From Andalucia godoyi And28 (lineage: Eukaryota > Protista > Jakobida): a DNA stretch of 64,000 bases. This document shows positions 31,587 through 41,005 of the stretch, piece by piece. The notes beneath the pieces are model-generated. The model did not search any database, was not told where the DNA came from, and saw nothing but the letters and a program-made list of their open reading frames with translations. A program made the translations under genes and the position numbers. The DNA lies in NCBI GenBank assembly GCA_009859145.1, contig VRVR01000024.1, positions 118,896 to 182,895 on the forward strand, given 5' to 3'. The stretch's first letter is position 1. Every line of letters begins with the position of its first letter.

Positions 31587-33614
31587 CTATTTAAAATCAG
31601 TGCGGTGTGCAGTCAGACGAACGCGAAATACGAGACTGTCGGCGTTCCACAGGAATCCGCGAGAAGGATCGGTGAGATGTGCAAGCGAATACTCAGGACG
31701 AAGGAACGTGTCTTCATGCTGGGTCTGGAGCACTCCGTACGCCATTCGAGAAGACACCGTTCGAGAGTGGTCCATTCTGTTCAGCAAGCTGATCTCGTAC
31801 GAAACGGAGCGCCGGACGGATTCCAAAAGAGGGCGCGAGGGAGGATTGCTGCGCCCCCAGCCCAGAACAGGGACAATGTGTCTGGAATGAAGAGCTGACT
31901 GCTGCGAGCTTGTGGTGACTGCAGGCCCAGCAGCTGCAATGCCTTGCATGAGCTCAGTGCGCAGTCGTTCTTGGAATTCGTTCAGCTCCCGCGGTTGCTG
32001 CGGCTGCTGCTCTGCACCAAGTTGATCTCCTGGTCCCTGTCCAGGATCGACATCTCGAACCGGAACGCTAAAGTTCGAAAAGTGCGAAGACCCAGAGGAG
32101 CCGGAGCGCGCATTGCCGGGAACTGTCGTTGCGGTGACCTTCAAAAACCACCACTGGTCTCCGATGGAAAATTCAGAAGATCCAACTTCTGTGATGAGTG
32201 TGGCTGTGGCCTGCATCGCAGATGCCGGTTGAATAAGCTCGCGAATTGGCACTCGGATGAGCAGAATAACGCGATTTGCATTGAATTGTCGGACAAGAAC
32301 AAGATCCGACGACGAAGGTCCAAACCCAGCACGTGGTCGGCTCGACACCGGTGCCGTTGTGGAAAAATTGCTCGTTGTCGGGACTGAAGATGCGATATCC
32401 TGTCGAATGCCAGCGGCGGCATGATCATCGTCGTCGTGCTGGATAAACAGCCTTTCATAGGCCTGCAGGATCTGTTCCTCGACAATCGAGCGAAGCCGCG
32501 CGTTGCTTGCGAGAAACGGGCTTCTTCGAACGGCCGCAAGATCCACCGGTGCCATCATGCTGAATCGCACCATACGGACAAGCGATGCTGCAAGTTGGTC
32601 AAACTGCTCTTGCGTATAGTACCCGGCATGCATGTTGAACTCCAGCCATTCGATCAGGGAGAGGAAAACGTCCAGCTCGTTTTTCACGCACATGCTGTCG
32701 CTTCGAAGGATTCGAATCAACGTGTCAGGGTCAAGAAGAAGAAACTCTTCACTTCTCGAAACGTCCCGTATACACAACCCTAACACACCCGCCGCCGCAT
32801 CTTGCAAACTCTGATTCGACGTCAGACACCCTGCACGGAACACCGACAGCGCATTCTCGGCGGAGAGTCGATCCTCAATAAAGACAGACGCGGCTCGTTT
32901 CAGAGAGCTGATTTGGTACTTGTCTGCGAGAAACAGAAAATTAACTGCACTCTCGTTGGAAATAGGATTTCTTCTCAGGTAGAGAAACTCGAGGAGTGGA
33001 TGAAGAAGATGTGACGGAATGTCTTCCAGATAAATGCAGTCCAGCAGAACATTCTGTTGTGCGCCGCCATCTCCAGCCTGTTCTTTATCACCGTCTTCTG
33101 CTTCTGCTTCACGGACCTGGGGGATTCGTCGTTCTCTTTCCTGTCTCTTTTGCTCGAGGAACACAGGGTCGGAAAAGAGAAACTTGAAAAAGGATGAACT
33201 GCTTGCAAGCAGATACTTGTGAGCGGGATATCGAACACCGTCTCGAGAAACGAGAATGACATCTGCAAAGTTCATCGTCACGCTGCTTGGGACACCCATG
33301 CATCTGGACGTGCTCATCCATTCTTGACCATCCGCACCAGCCCCGGAACTCGTCTTCGCGCTGGTTCCCAGCGGATTGCAGAACAGCGACTGAGTGTATT
33401 GGACCAGTCCAGCCACGCTCGCGGAAAAGTGTGGATCTCGCATAATCTCGGCTGGAGAAGGAAAGCCCTCACTGGTGTAGGTGGGGTCACTGCGGACTGC
33501 AGTGGACGAGCCATCTATGCGGGCTGGCGACTCGTAATCCACATGAACTGGCAGGCTGATGTTTGATAGTACCGGTGGCACAAATTCATTGTAATTCGAT
33601 GATCTTCTGATCAT
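31587..33614 (-). CDS. BTB/POZ-BACK domain protein with a C-terminal MATH-like beta domain
   Basis: DVILV..GVRYPAHKYLLASSSSFF (BTB), LLEFLY, BACK motifs FLLLD...LRSD.MCV.NELDVF..W and VRFSMM; C-terminal EFSIGDQWWFLKV and GFLWNADSLVFRV. Confidence 0.8.
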   Translation of the reverse strand: MIRRSSNYNEFVPPVLSNISLPVHVDYESPARIDGSSTAVRSDPTYTSEGFPSPAEIMRDPHFSASVAGLVQYTQSLFCNPLGTSAKTSSGAGADGQEWMSTSRCMGVPSSVTMNFADVILVSRDGVRYPAHKYLLASSSSFFKFLFSDPVFLEQKRQERERRIPQVREAEAEDGDKEQAGDGGAQQNVLLDCIYLEDIPSHLLHPLLEFLYLRRNPISNESAVNFLFLADKYQISSLKRAASVFIEDRLSAENALSVFRAGCLTSNQSLQDAAAGVLGLCIRDVSRSEEFLLLDPDTLIRILRSDSMCVKNELDVFLSLIEWLEFNMHAGYYTQEQFDQLAASLVRMVRFSMMAPVDLAAVRRSPFLASNARLRSIVEEQILQAYERLFIQHDDDDHAAAGIRQDIASSVPTTSNFSTTAPVSSRPRAGFGPSSSDLVLVRQFNANRVILLIRVPIRELIQPASAMQATATLITEVGSSEFSIGDQWWFLKVTATTVPGNARSGSSGSSHFSNFSVPVRDVDPGQGPGDQLGAEQQPQQPRELNEFQERLRTELMQGIAAAGPAVTTSSQQSALHSRHIVPVLGWGRSNPPSRPLLESVRRSVSYEISLLNRMDHSRTVSSRMAYGVLQTQHEDTFLRPEYSLAHLTDPSRGFLWNADSLVFRVRLTAHRTDFK

Positions 33615-34371
33615 GGTTATTGCCGACGCAACCTTGCAATCGCGCGATGGTGAGGGTGATGGAGATGGAGATGGGAGGATAGGTGCGGTGGAGTCGCTGA
33701 GCTGCTTCAGAGGAAGAAACGTAAAGAGGTATTAAACTTGATCCAGAAGAAACAACATGGAAAGTCAAAAGGAATGCCGTTGGTCGTGGTTTTTTTTGTT
33801 TTGTATTTTTGCGTTGGTCGCTTTCGTTTCAACATTGAGTTCGGAAAAGGGAGAGAGAGGAGAGGGGGGAAGGAGACGTTGTTTCTTGGGGGGGGGGGAA
33901 GGAACTTCAATCACAGTCCTCTTCTTGTCTAGGGTGCCAAAAGTGCTTGTACTGCAAGTTTCTTCTATCGAACTTCACGTTCGCCTGCGAAATTGTTCGC
34001 TCGTGCTTTCCCATTCGAGCTTTATGGGAATTGTACCAGCAGATTGTTCAACTCCTTTAAGCAGCAGCCTCCGCGCTGCAGGAGCAGAACGCACCAAAAC
34101 TGTATCCACCAGATCGCGGGTTCTCCGTGACCTTTTCCTCCCCTCTGCACAAAGGTCATCACAACCAGCCAAACAAAGACAGGAGAACATCTCATTTTAT
34201 CATTTTCTATGAAAATGGATAGCAAAAATTCTCATAAGGTGTTTCTTCATTTTACCGCACCCGGGCCCTCAACTGCCTGATTCAATGCACCGGTGGACAT
34301 TGTCTGTGCTCTGGTTGCATGTCGTTTTGGAGTCTTTGGATTTTCGGATGTGGATGCTTCCTCTGCACTTT

Positions 34372-35274
34372 TTAGAATCCGATCTTGGGCAAGGAGATGG
34401 ACGGGAGCCTGTCAACAAGGTTCGAGACTGCGTTTGCAGCTCTTTTTGCAGCGTTTGCAGTCATGATCAAAGTTAGGGCAGCAGCGGACTTTGCTTTTGT
34501 TTCTGCGGAAGTATTGTCGTCCATTGCAGCGTTCTTGAACACAGCGCAGACAGCGTCTTCATTCTCCGGGATTGTAAGGCCAATCTTTGTCAGTGCCAAG
34601 ATGGAAACTGCGGAGGTTTCATCGTCATCCGATGTGAATTTCTGCTTGAAGACTTCGATGCCTCCCTGCGCAACAACATCGGCAGTGTTGACCAGTGCAC
34701 TGAACATCATCGCGATGACTCCGAACTTTGCAATCGCAGGGTCCGCAAGCTTGCACAGGAACCGGAAGATTTTTGCGGGTGCATTCTTGAGCGCTTCTGG
34801 AACAAGATCATCCAGCTTGGTAAGCTTGGACAGTTCCGGAACCCCACAAATAAAGCCTCCTCCACTGAGCAGCTTGACGAATTCATGGAGAACTTCGCCG
34901 ATCTCCAACACCACGGATCGGATGTCCTCGCTGATCATGCTGGCTGCCTTGACGAAGAACTCCTTCACGGCTGCAAAGGTCTCTCCAACAGTCTTTGCAA
35001 GCAACGTGATCAGATCTTTCGGGAATGAAACCGCCTTTCCGAGATCCGACTGCCCTGCGTCCTGCGCACTGTCCTTCAGCTTTGCAAGCAGAGGCCGCAG
35101 CTCGTGGACAGACTTGGCCACATTTCCAGCTGCGATCCAAGTAGGAATTGCACACAGCGCACGGCACCCAGCAATTTTCTGGACCGCCTTTTTAAACTCT
35201 TCTTCGAGCATCTTCTGCACTGTCTCTGCAATCCTTGCCGGAAGCGCCTTGATTTCGTCGTCCGTGAATGGCAT
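34372..35274 (-). CDS. Hypothetical 300-aa helical protein
   Basis: Clean ORF with an A-rich context before the ATG and natural amino-acid composition. No family recognised. Confidence 0.65.
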   Translation of the reverse strand: MPFTDDEIKALPARIAETVQKMLEEEFKKAVQKIAGCRALCAIPTWIAAGNVAKSVHELRPLLAKLKDSAQDAGQSDLGKAVSFPKDLITLLAKTVGETFAAVKEFFVKAASMISEDIRSVVLEIGEVLHEFVKLLSGGGFICGVPELSKLTKLDDLVPEALKNAPAKIFRFLCKLADPAIAKFGVIAMMFSALVNTADVVAQGGIEVFKQKFTSDDDETSAVSILALTKIGLTIPENEDAVCAVFKNAAMDDNTSAETKAKSAAALTLIMTANAAKRAANAVSNLVDRLPSISLPKIGF

Positions 35275-35689
35275 CCTTCTGTTCTTACTTATCAGGTCCT
35301 GATTCCCGCCTCGAAGAGAACGAAAAGAAGCGTATATATATGTCCTTAATTAAAACTGAAAAAATGAAAAAAGAAAGAGACAGAATGCACACACGCTCAC
35401 AGAAAGAAGGAAAGAGGAGGTGTATTCTGTTCCAGGATGAAAAATGAAAGGAAGGAAGAACAAGGTCTAAAAAAAGTAAGCCAACAAGAAAGAAAGAGAG
35501 AAAGAAAGAGAGAGAGAGAGAGAGAGAGAAACGGCAGTGATATGAGAGAACAAAGGAAATTGCAAATGTGGATGTGTAAAAATGTCGTTGCAAACTTCAA
35601 ACAAGGACGTAATTTACAGAGAAGAGCGCAGAAAGGAAGAAAGACGGGTTTGAGTAAGAGAGGAAGGAAGCGAGATATGGATAACAAAT

Positions 35690-36040
35690 TCATAATGCGA
35701 CACCATAGACTGTGGCGACACAGCACAAGCTCTTATTATCGGATTCCATGGGAACCGAGACTGAGTCGTCTGTATTTGCGTCCCAAAAGCACGACGAGGC
35801 TGTATGGACGCCAGCTCCAGTTCTTTGGATGATCATGCACGTGACAATGTATTTGAACGGGTTGTTGAGAGCTACCAATCGTTTCGTCACGTCTTCACAC
35901 ACTGTATTGATCCACTGACCTACTTTCTTATGATCGTATGTCGCATCCAACAAGTGTTTTTCAACAACCTCCTTCACGATCTGATACGCTTCTTCTCGAT
36001 TGAACGCCACAACCTCCTTCTTGTCAAAATCAGAATCCAT
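35690..36040 (-). CDS. DYNLT1: Dynein light chain, Tctex1 family
   Basis: YDHKKVGQW, PFKYIVTCMIIQRTGAGVHTASSCFWD..TD, CVATVYG. Confidence 0.92.
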   Translation of the reverse strand: MDSDFDKKEVVAFNREEAYQIVKEVVEKHLLDATYDHKKVGQWINTVCEDVTKRLVALNNPFKYIVTCMIIQRTGAGVHTASSCFWDANTDDSVSVPMESDNKSLCCVATVYGVAL

Positions 36041-36856
36041 TCGACCTTGTTCTGTTCTTTAAATGCCTTAAAACCTTCTTTTTCTTTTTCTTTTTTCTTT
36101 TTTCTTTTTCTTGCTCTTGTTAGAATTATTGCTGTGTCGTCGTCGTCGTCGTCGTCGTCTCAGTAGTAGTAGTAGTCTGACTGTCTTGATGAACCTAAAC
36201 ACCTCAGCACTATACGGTTGACCGTTTTGTGTATGAACAACATCAAACAAACAGCATCGCACCGGAAGTTTGCATATCAAACCCTATGGGACGCAATTTT
36301 CCTACCGTAGTCAAGTCTAGGAATTTCTTTTCATTCTTTCCCTTTTAATTCCTTCTATTATTCTCGCTGTTTGTTTCTCATATTTATAACCGAACCCTCA
36401 AGAAGCACCTTTCATCAAGGACAAAACATCTCATGGCTCCAAGGAGGGATCTTCCCAACAAGCTCAAACCGGCCATGCCCCGAAGATAGCGAGAACCAAG
36501 GAACCCGTTGATTCCCTTCTCGTCGGAGGCGGAGAGCAAGATGAAGAAGAAGATCGTCAGACGGCAACTTGCTGAGCAAGCTGCTGATGATCATCAAATC
36601 ACGAAGAAGTGATCGATTTGCGTTCGGAATGCGCTCTCAAGTCAGAGAACAAGAAGGAGCAAAGGAAAATGCGTCATCAGGCGCAATGTGTCCCACCGCC
36701 GACCTGATTCTCTTTTCTCCAGCGTTCATTTTGAATGATGAATCGATTGGGGAATATGTCGATTGCGATGACCAGCAATCTGCATTGAAGAGTTGGTGCT
36801 CGCTCCAAGTTAAAATAAAAACATGTGTTCTTGGATCTGTCGTCGGTGACAGTTTA

Positions 36857-37315
36857 GCCGATGAATAATAACACGCCATTGTCATGCATACGAAAGTACA
36901 CATAAACAGACGCGACCTGTGACACAGGCTCCGCATTTTCGACGCTATTTAACGCAACATCCGTGGCCATCTATTCCATCATTCGTTCAGCGCACTGCCA
37001 AGAGGCGAACTTCCAAGACACGATCTCCAATCCCCAGCACGCAGGGCAGCCAACCCCAAGCAGAAGCCTCAGGGACCGTCTCTTGCAGAACTCTTGGTTT
37101 TCTGCTGCGATGCACCAGGCGCAGTCGCAGTCGCAGTCGCAATACCCCACCGTCTTCCTACCGCCTCTTCCTCTCGTATCTCCAGGTGCATCAATCGCGC
37201 TGCAACTGAGGACACGAAAGCGCCTGCTGCTAGGGCCGTCAGCATCAAAATGCACCCTTCTCAGGAACAACGGGATGCAAGACTGAATATGCATGTTCAA
37301 CGTATAATGTAGGCG
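36857..37315 (+). mobile_element. Non-autonomous TnpB/Fanzor-derived element, copy 2 (deletion derivative closely related to copy 1)
   Basis: Collinear with the reverse complement of 8286-8912, from GCCGATGAATAATAAC to TATAATGTAGGCG. Near-identical ~120-nt core encoding EDTKAPAARAVSIKMHPSQEQR. The RuvC-III/GGGGG-hairpin segment is deleted at an ACG microhomology. Confidence 0.8.
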
Positions 37316-37724
37316 ATGATGATGACCAACAACGAGTCATATTTTGGCGAGCGTTTTTCTCGTTGATGATTTCGGAAAGAAAAAGACTGTCTGGTCTCAA
37401 TGGATGCTAGGTAACTTCCGGAAACGGATGGATTGATGCAGAGTGACATTGCCCATCGGTTCACTTCCACTGGGATCCAAAAATAGCCATACGTTCCACC
37501 GCCATTTTATTTTTTACGTTCACGTTTTTTATTATTATTCACGCTTTTTCTCTGTTTGGTTCTTCTTTCTGTTTTTTCTTTCCTCCTTCTCTTTTTTCTA
37601 TATTGACGACAAGGCGTTATTCATAGAGAATAGTAAGTACTGCAAAGGAAGAAAGACAGGCAAGCCGCGGGAGAGAGAGAGAGAGAGAGAGAGATATCAA
37701 ACAAGACAAAAAACAACAAAGGAA

Positions 37725-38153
37725 ATGAAGATTGATCGAGCAATGATTCCAGCGTCAAAGTGTGTTGTAGTGTCTCCGCGTTCGACTGTTTTTGAAGCGG
37801 GTCAGCTGATGGCGAAGTTCCATGTTGGATCTGTGGTGATTTCGGACAATGGTCGAGCGGTTGGACTCATTACAAAGACCGACGTGATCCGCTCCACGTT
37901 TGGACTGGAACAGGATCCGAAGACCACCTTGGTTGGGGAACTCGCCACAAAGCGCGCACTCGTTACCATTCCATCGTCAAAGGACGTTGCACAGGCTGCA
38001 GCACTCATCGCGGAAAACAAGATCCATCATGTGGTTGTGACGGATGAGGAAGGACTCTTTGCCGGAGTAATTTCGTCATGGGATATTGCTCGTGAAGCCG
38101 ATTTAGACAACAAGGCATTCCCATACAGTCGAGAAGCACTGGCGATGCTCTAA
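37725..38153 (+). CDS. Stand-alone CBS-pair protein
   Basis: Two CBS domains: VVSPRSTV.EA..LM.KFHVGSVVI...GLIT..D and HHVVV....FAGVISSWDI. Start at MKIDRAM. Confidence 0.85.
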   Translation: MKIDRAMIPASKCVVVSPRSTVFEAGQLMAKFHVGSVVISDNGRAVGLITKTDVIRSTFGLEQDPKTTLVGELATKRALVTIPSSKDVAQAAALIAENKIHHVVVTDEEGLFAGVISSWDIAREADLDNKAFPYSREALAML

Positions 38154-38351
38154 TGAAGAACAGGCCCCTCATAAATCCGCCAATTATAGCAACTATGACC
38201 ACTTCACTTTGCATGAAGAAGAAAAACGGGACAGCACGAATCAGTGAACGCAGGAGATTGAAAGTTGGTTTCATTTAAGGATGATAAATACATTCGGTTG
38301 GGAGGAACACCGCGACGCAACTAAAAATCAGTTGGACGGAAGACAATTGGA

Positions 38352-39794
38352 TCAAGGTTGGGATTCCCATGCTTCGACGTCTCCATTGAGTTGATATGTG
38401 GCGCTTTTCTGGTCTCTCATTTGCCCCTTGAGCGACGATGCCTTTCCCATGTGCTCGACGGGATTCGGAGTGCGCACCGTGATGGAAGCATCGTGTTCCT
38501 TTGCAAAGTTCGATATTTGCCAATCGACAGGCGATTCGTCGTATCGCGCATATATATACTCGTAAAGCAACGGGGCATACACTGCATTATACGTTTTCGC
38601 GACCGCACCGTCCATCCTGGTTGGTCCAAACGATATAGACTGGTGCTGGTCCCACAGCGACACCGCAAGCCACTTTTCCCCGTTCTTCTCTGCATGTTCT
38701 TGAAGCGACGTTTCCAGCGAGTGCATCCCCTTTCGCGAAAAATGCACGTCGTCTTGCACAATCGTGACAAACTGGTGTTCATCAGAGCCGAAAAGCTCGC
38801 ACGTCTGCAGTGCAAATGCATAATCCTGAGCCTCCTTCGATCGCCAAGCGATCCGTTCATCCGAGTCCCCGAGCGTCTTTTTCACAGGCTTCAGCACTGG
38901 CCGCGCAGCATCAGACCGCGTATAAAACACAATCGGTGGCGTGGCATAAGGAGACGTTGTTGTAGAAGAAGTAGAAGACGCAGAAGAAGGAGCAGCCGCC
39001 GTCGTTGTCGCTTCTGATGATGCCGACGCAGCAGCACACATTTCATCAATGTCCACCATGGAATTCGTGACGCCCGCATGCGGATCTGTAACAAAGACAT
39101 ACAAGGGATACACGTCTGATGCAGCCTTGATGAACGACCGGATTGTTGCCGAGAGGTATTCGACCGAATGCCTCGGTGCACTCAGTATGCAGATTGGAAA
39201 GCGAGTCACTGGCATCTGCTGTGCACTTGTCTTTGTCTGCTTCTCTGTCCCGTCGCCATCCTTTGCGGACGGGCATCCGGTTGTGTAATCCCGAATAATG
39301 CGGATGGACGGATCTAGTGGGATATATGAAAAGAGAGCAGAATAAGACGTGGACGATTGCCGCACGTCTTCTTCCTCGACATGTTCGTGAATCACAACCT
39401 TTTCCTTTTCTCTCTTCACCGAGTCCTTGTCGAGCTTTTTAGGATCCAACGGCATCCTTTCTGTCACTTCCCCCGTCGAATTTTGAGAAACGGGAGGTAA
39501 TTTTGCAGGCTTGATGCGAGGTTCTGGGTTTGGACTTGGACTCTGCTCCTTTTGATGATCCTTGAATCTTCGCGATCGCAGAAACACATCTTCTTCGGCA
39601 TTCAAATTGATGTTATCGCTACTGGAACGAACCCCAGTGTTGGAAGCGAGCGACGATGCCGACATTGAAAGCGAAGCAAAATACATAAACGCAAACGTGG
39701 AAACCGCACAAATCCACAGCGATCGACGCGTTCGAGCTTGGCGACTTATCCAAAGTGCAGATCTCATCATTTTCTCATATCCACCCAAATTCAA
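38352..39794 (-). CDS. Type II membrane glycosyltransferase, MGAT4/GT54-like
   Basis: N-terminal TM helix and low-complexity stem; then ILSAPR..EYLSATIRSF, IVQDD (DxD-like) and VEHMGKASSLKG, which resembles MGAT4 FQHxGxxSSLxG. Confidence 0.6.
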   Translation of the reverse strand: MNLGGYEKMMRSALWISRQARTRRSLWICAVSTFAFMYFASLSMSASSLASNTGVRSSSDNINLNAEEDVFLRSRRFKDHQKEQSPSPNPEPRIKPAKLPPVSQNSTGEVTERMPLDPKKLDKDSVKREKEKVVIHEHVEEEDVRQSSTSYSALFSYIPLDPSIRIIRDYTTGCPSAKDGDGTEKQTKTSAQQMPVTRFPICILSAPRHSVEYLSATIRSFIKAASDVYPLYVFVTDPHAGVTNSMVDIDEMCAAASASSEATTTAAAPSSASSTSSTTTSPYATPPIVFYTRSDAARPVLKPVKKTLGDSDERIAWRSKEAQDYAFALQTCELFGSDEHQFVTIVQDDVHFSRKGMHSLETSLQEHAEKNGEKWLAVSLWDQHQSISFGPTRMDGAVAKTYNAVYAPLLYEYIYARYDESPVDWQISNFAKEHDASITVRTPNPVEHMGKASSLKGQMRDQKSATYQLNGDVEAWESQP

Positions 39795-40309
39795 AATCCC
39801 GTACTATATAATAAAAATTATTGAGCTGATATTTTTTAAAATGCAAAATAACACTATCATAAATAAATAAATAAACATATATATATATATATATCTAAAT
39901 AATAACAATAATAAAAACACTCTCAAAATGCTGCAAAAGTCATCTGGCTTAATTGCCCCAAATCGCTGTCAGCTTGGTTGATCAAAACCTCATTGACGCT
40001 GGGGTTTCCCTTTTGCCGAGAATGACAATGTTGACACGGATGATGGGCGGGCCCGACAGAGACGTCCAATTGAGGGGGGCGGATCTCAAGCTGCAGACTA
40101 CAGAAGGTTGACGGTGTTGCATGGCGCTTTTTTAATTGGGCGGTTGCTTAAGCATTCCTCACGAAATACATCGCAAGTAGTTACTTGGAAATCAAATTCA
40201 TACAAACTAGTGGAGGAAGAAAGAAAAGGCAGAATAAGCAGACTGTTAAATACAACTGTTCGATATCTTCCCTCCGTTCTATTCTTTTCATTATTTTGAA
40301 CAGCACCGG

Positions 40310-40678
40310 ATGGCGAGCTATAATGATTGGGAAACAGGTTTGAACGCGTGCATGACGGATCCCGGAGTTTGTTGCAACACCTTGTTTTGCTGTCCGCTGC
40401 AGGTTGCCATGAACAAGGCGAACTTGGATCGCAGAGTCTGCTCAGTGTGTGACTTGCTGTTTTGTTTCCCTTTCCAAGAGTATTTCAACAGGCAGCAAAT
40501 TCGAGCAAAGTACGGATTTCCGCAAGAGGCATTCGCAGATTGTTTGGCCGTCACCATGTGCGCATGCTGCGTGGTCTGCCAAGATGCCAGAGAAATTCAG
40601 TTTCGTGAAACACATGTTGCAGACTCTAAAACTATGGAATCGTACGCGTCAAAACGTGTCGGAACAAGGAAATCGTAA
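40310..40678 (+). CDS. PLAC8/PCR-family cysteine-rich protein
   Basis: WETGL..C..D...CC...CCP, RQQIRAKYG, DCL...CACCVVCQ.AREI. Confidence 0.9.
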   Translation: MASYNDWETGLNACMTDPGVCCNTLFCCPLQVAMNKANLDRRVCSVCDLLFCFPFQEYFNRQQIRAKYGFPQEAFADCLAVTMCACCVVCQDAREIQFRETHVADSKTMESYASKRVGTRKS

Positions 40679-41005
40679 TTGACCCAAATAGTACTCGGGG
40701 CCTCACGTAATTCTCCCATGCTTTGAGGTGTCCCAGACTGCTGGTCATCGTTGTGAAAAACAAAAACAAAAACAAAAAAGGCTGTTCCAAGCCACGAAAG
40801 ATCTTGTCGTATTGTTTTGTGTGCTTCTTAATAATTGCGCGTGGTTTAATTCATTGCGCAGAGCCGCCGCAGCGGTACAACATTGGAGCAGCGATTCGGT
40901 CAAAAAATAAAACGGACATTGAAAAAAAATAATAAAAAATGCAATGAATGCGAATGTACAAAGGAAAACTGCTGCGGGAATGAGCAAGCGTACAGTGCAC
41001 AACGC

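Noticed and set aside
34385-35302. 305-aa plus-strand ORF
   Set aside because: Antisense to the better 300-aa ORF; its S/A/F-rich composition is typical of a reverse-complement frame.
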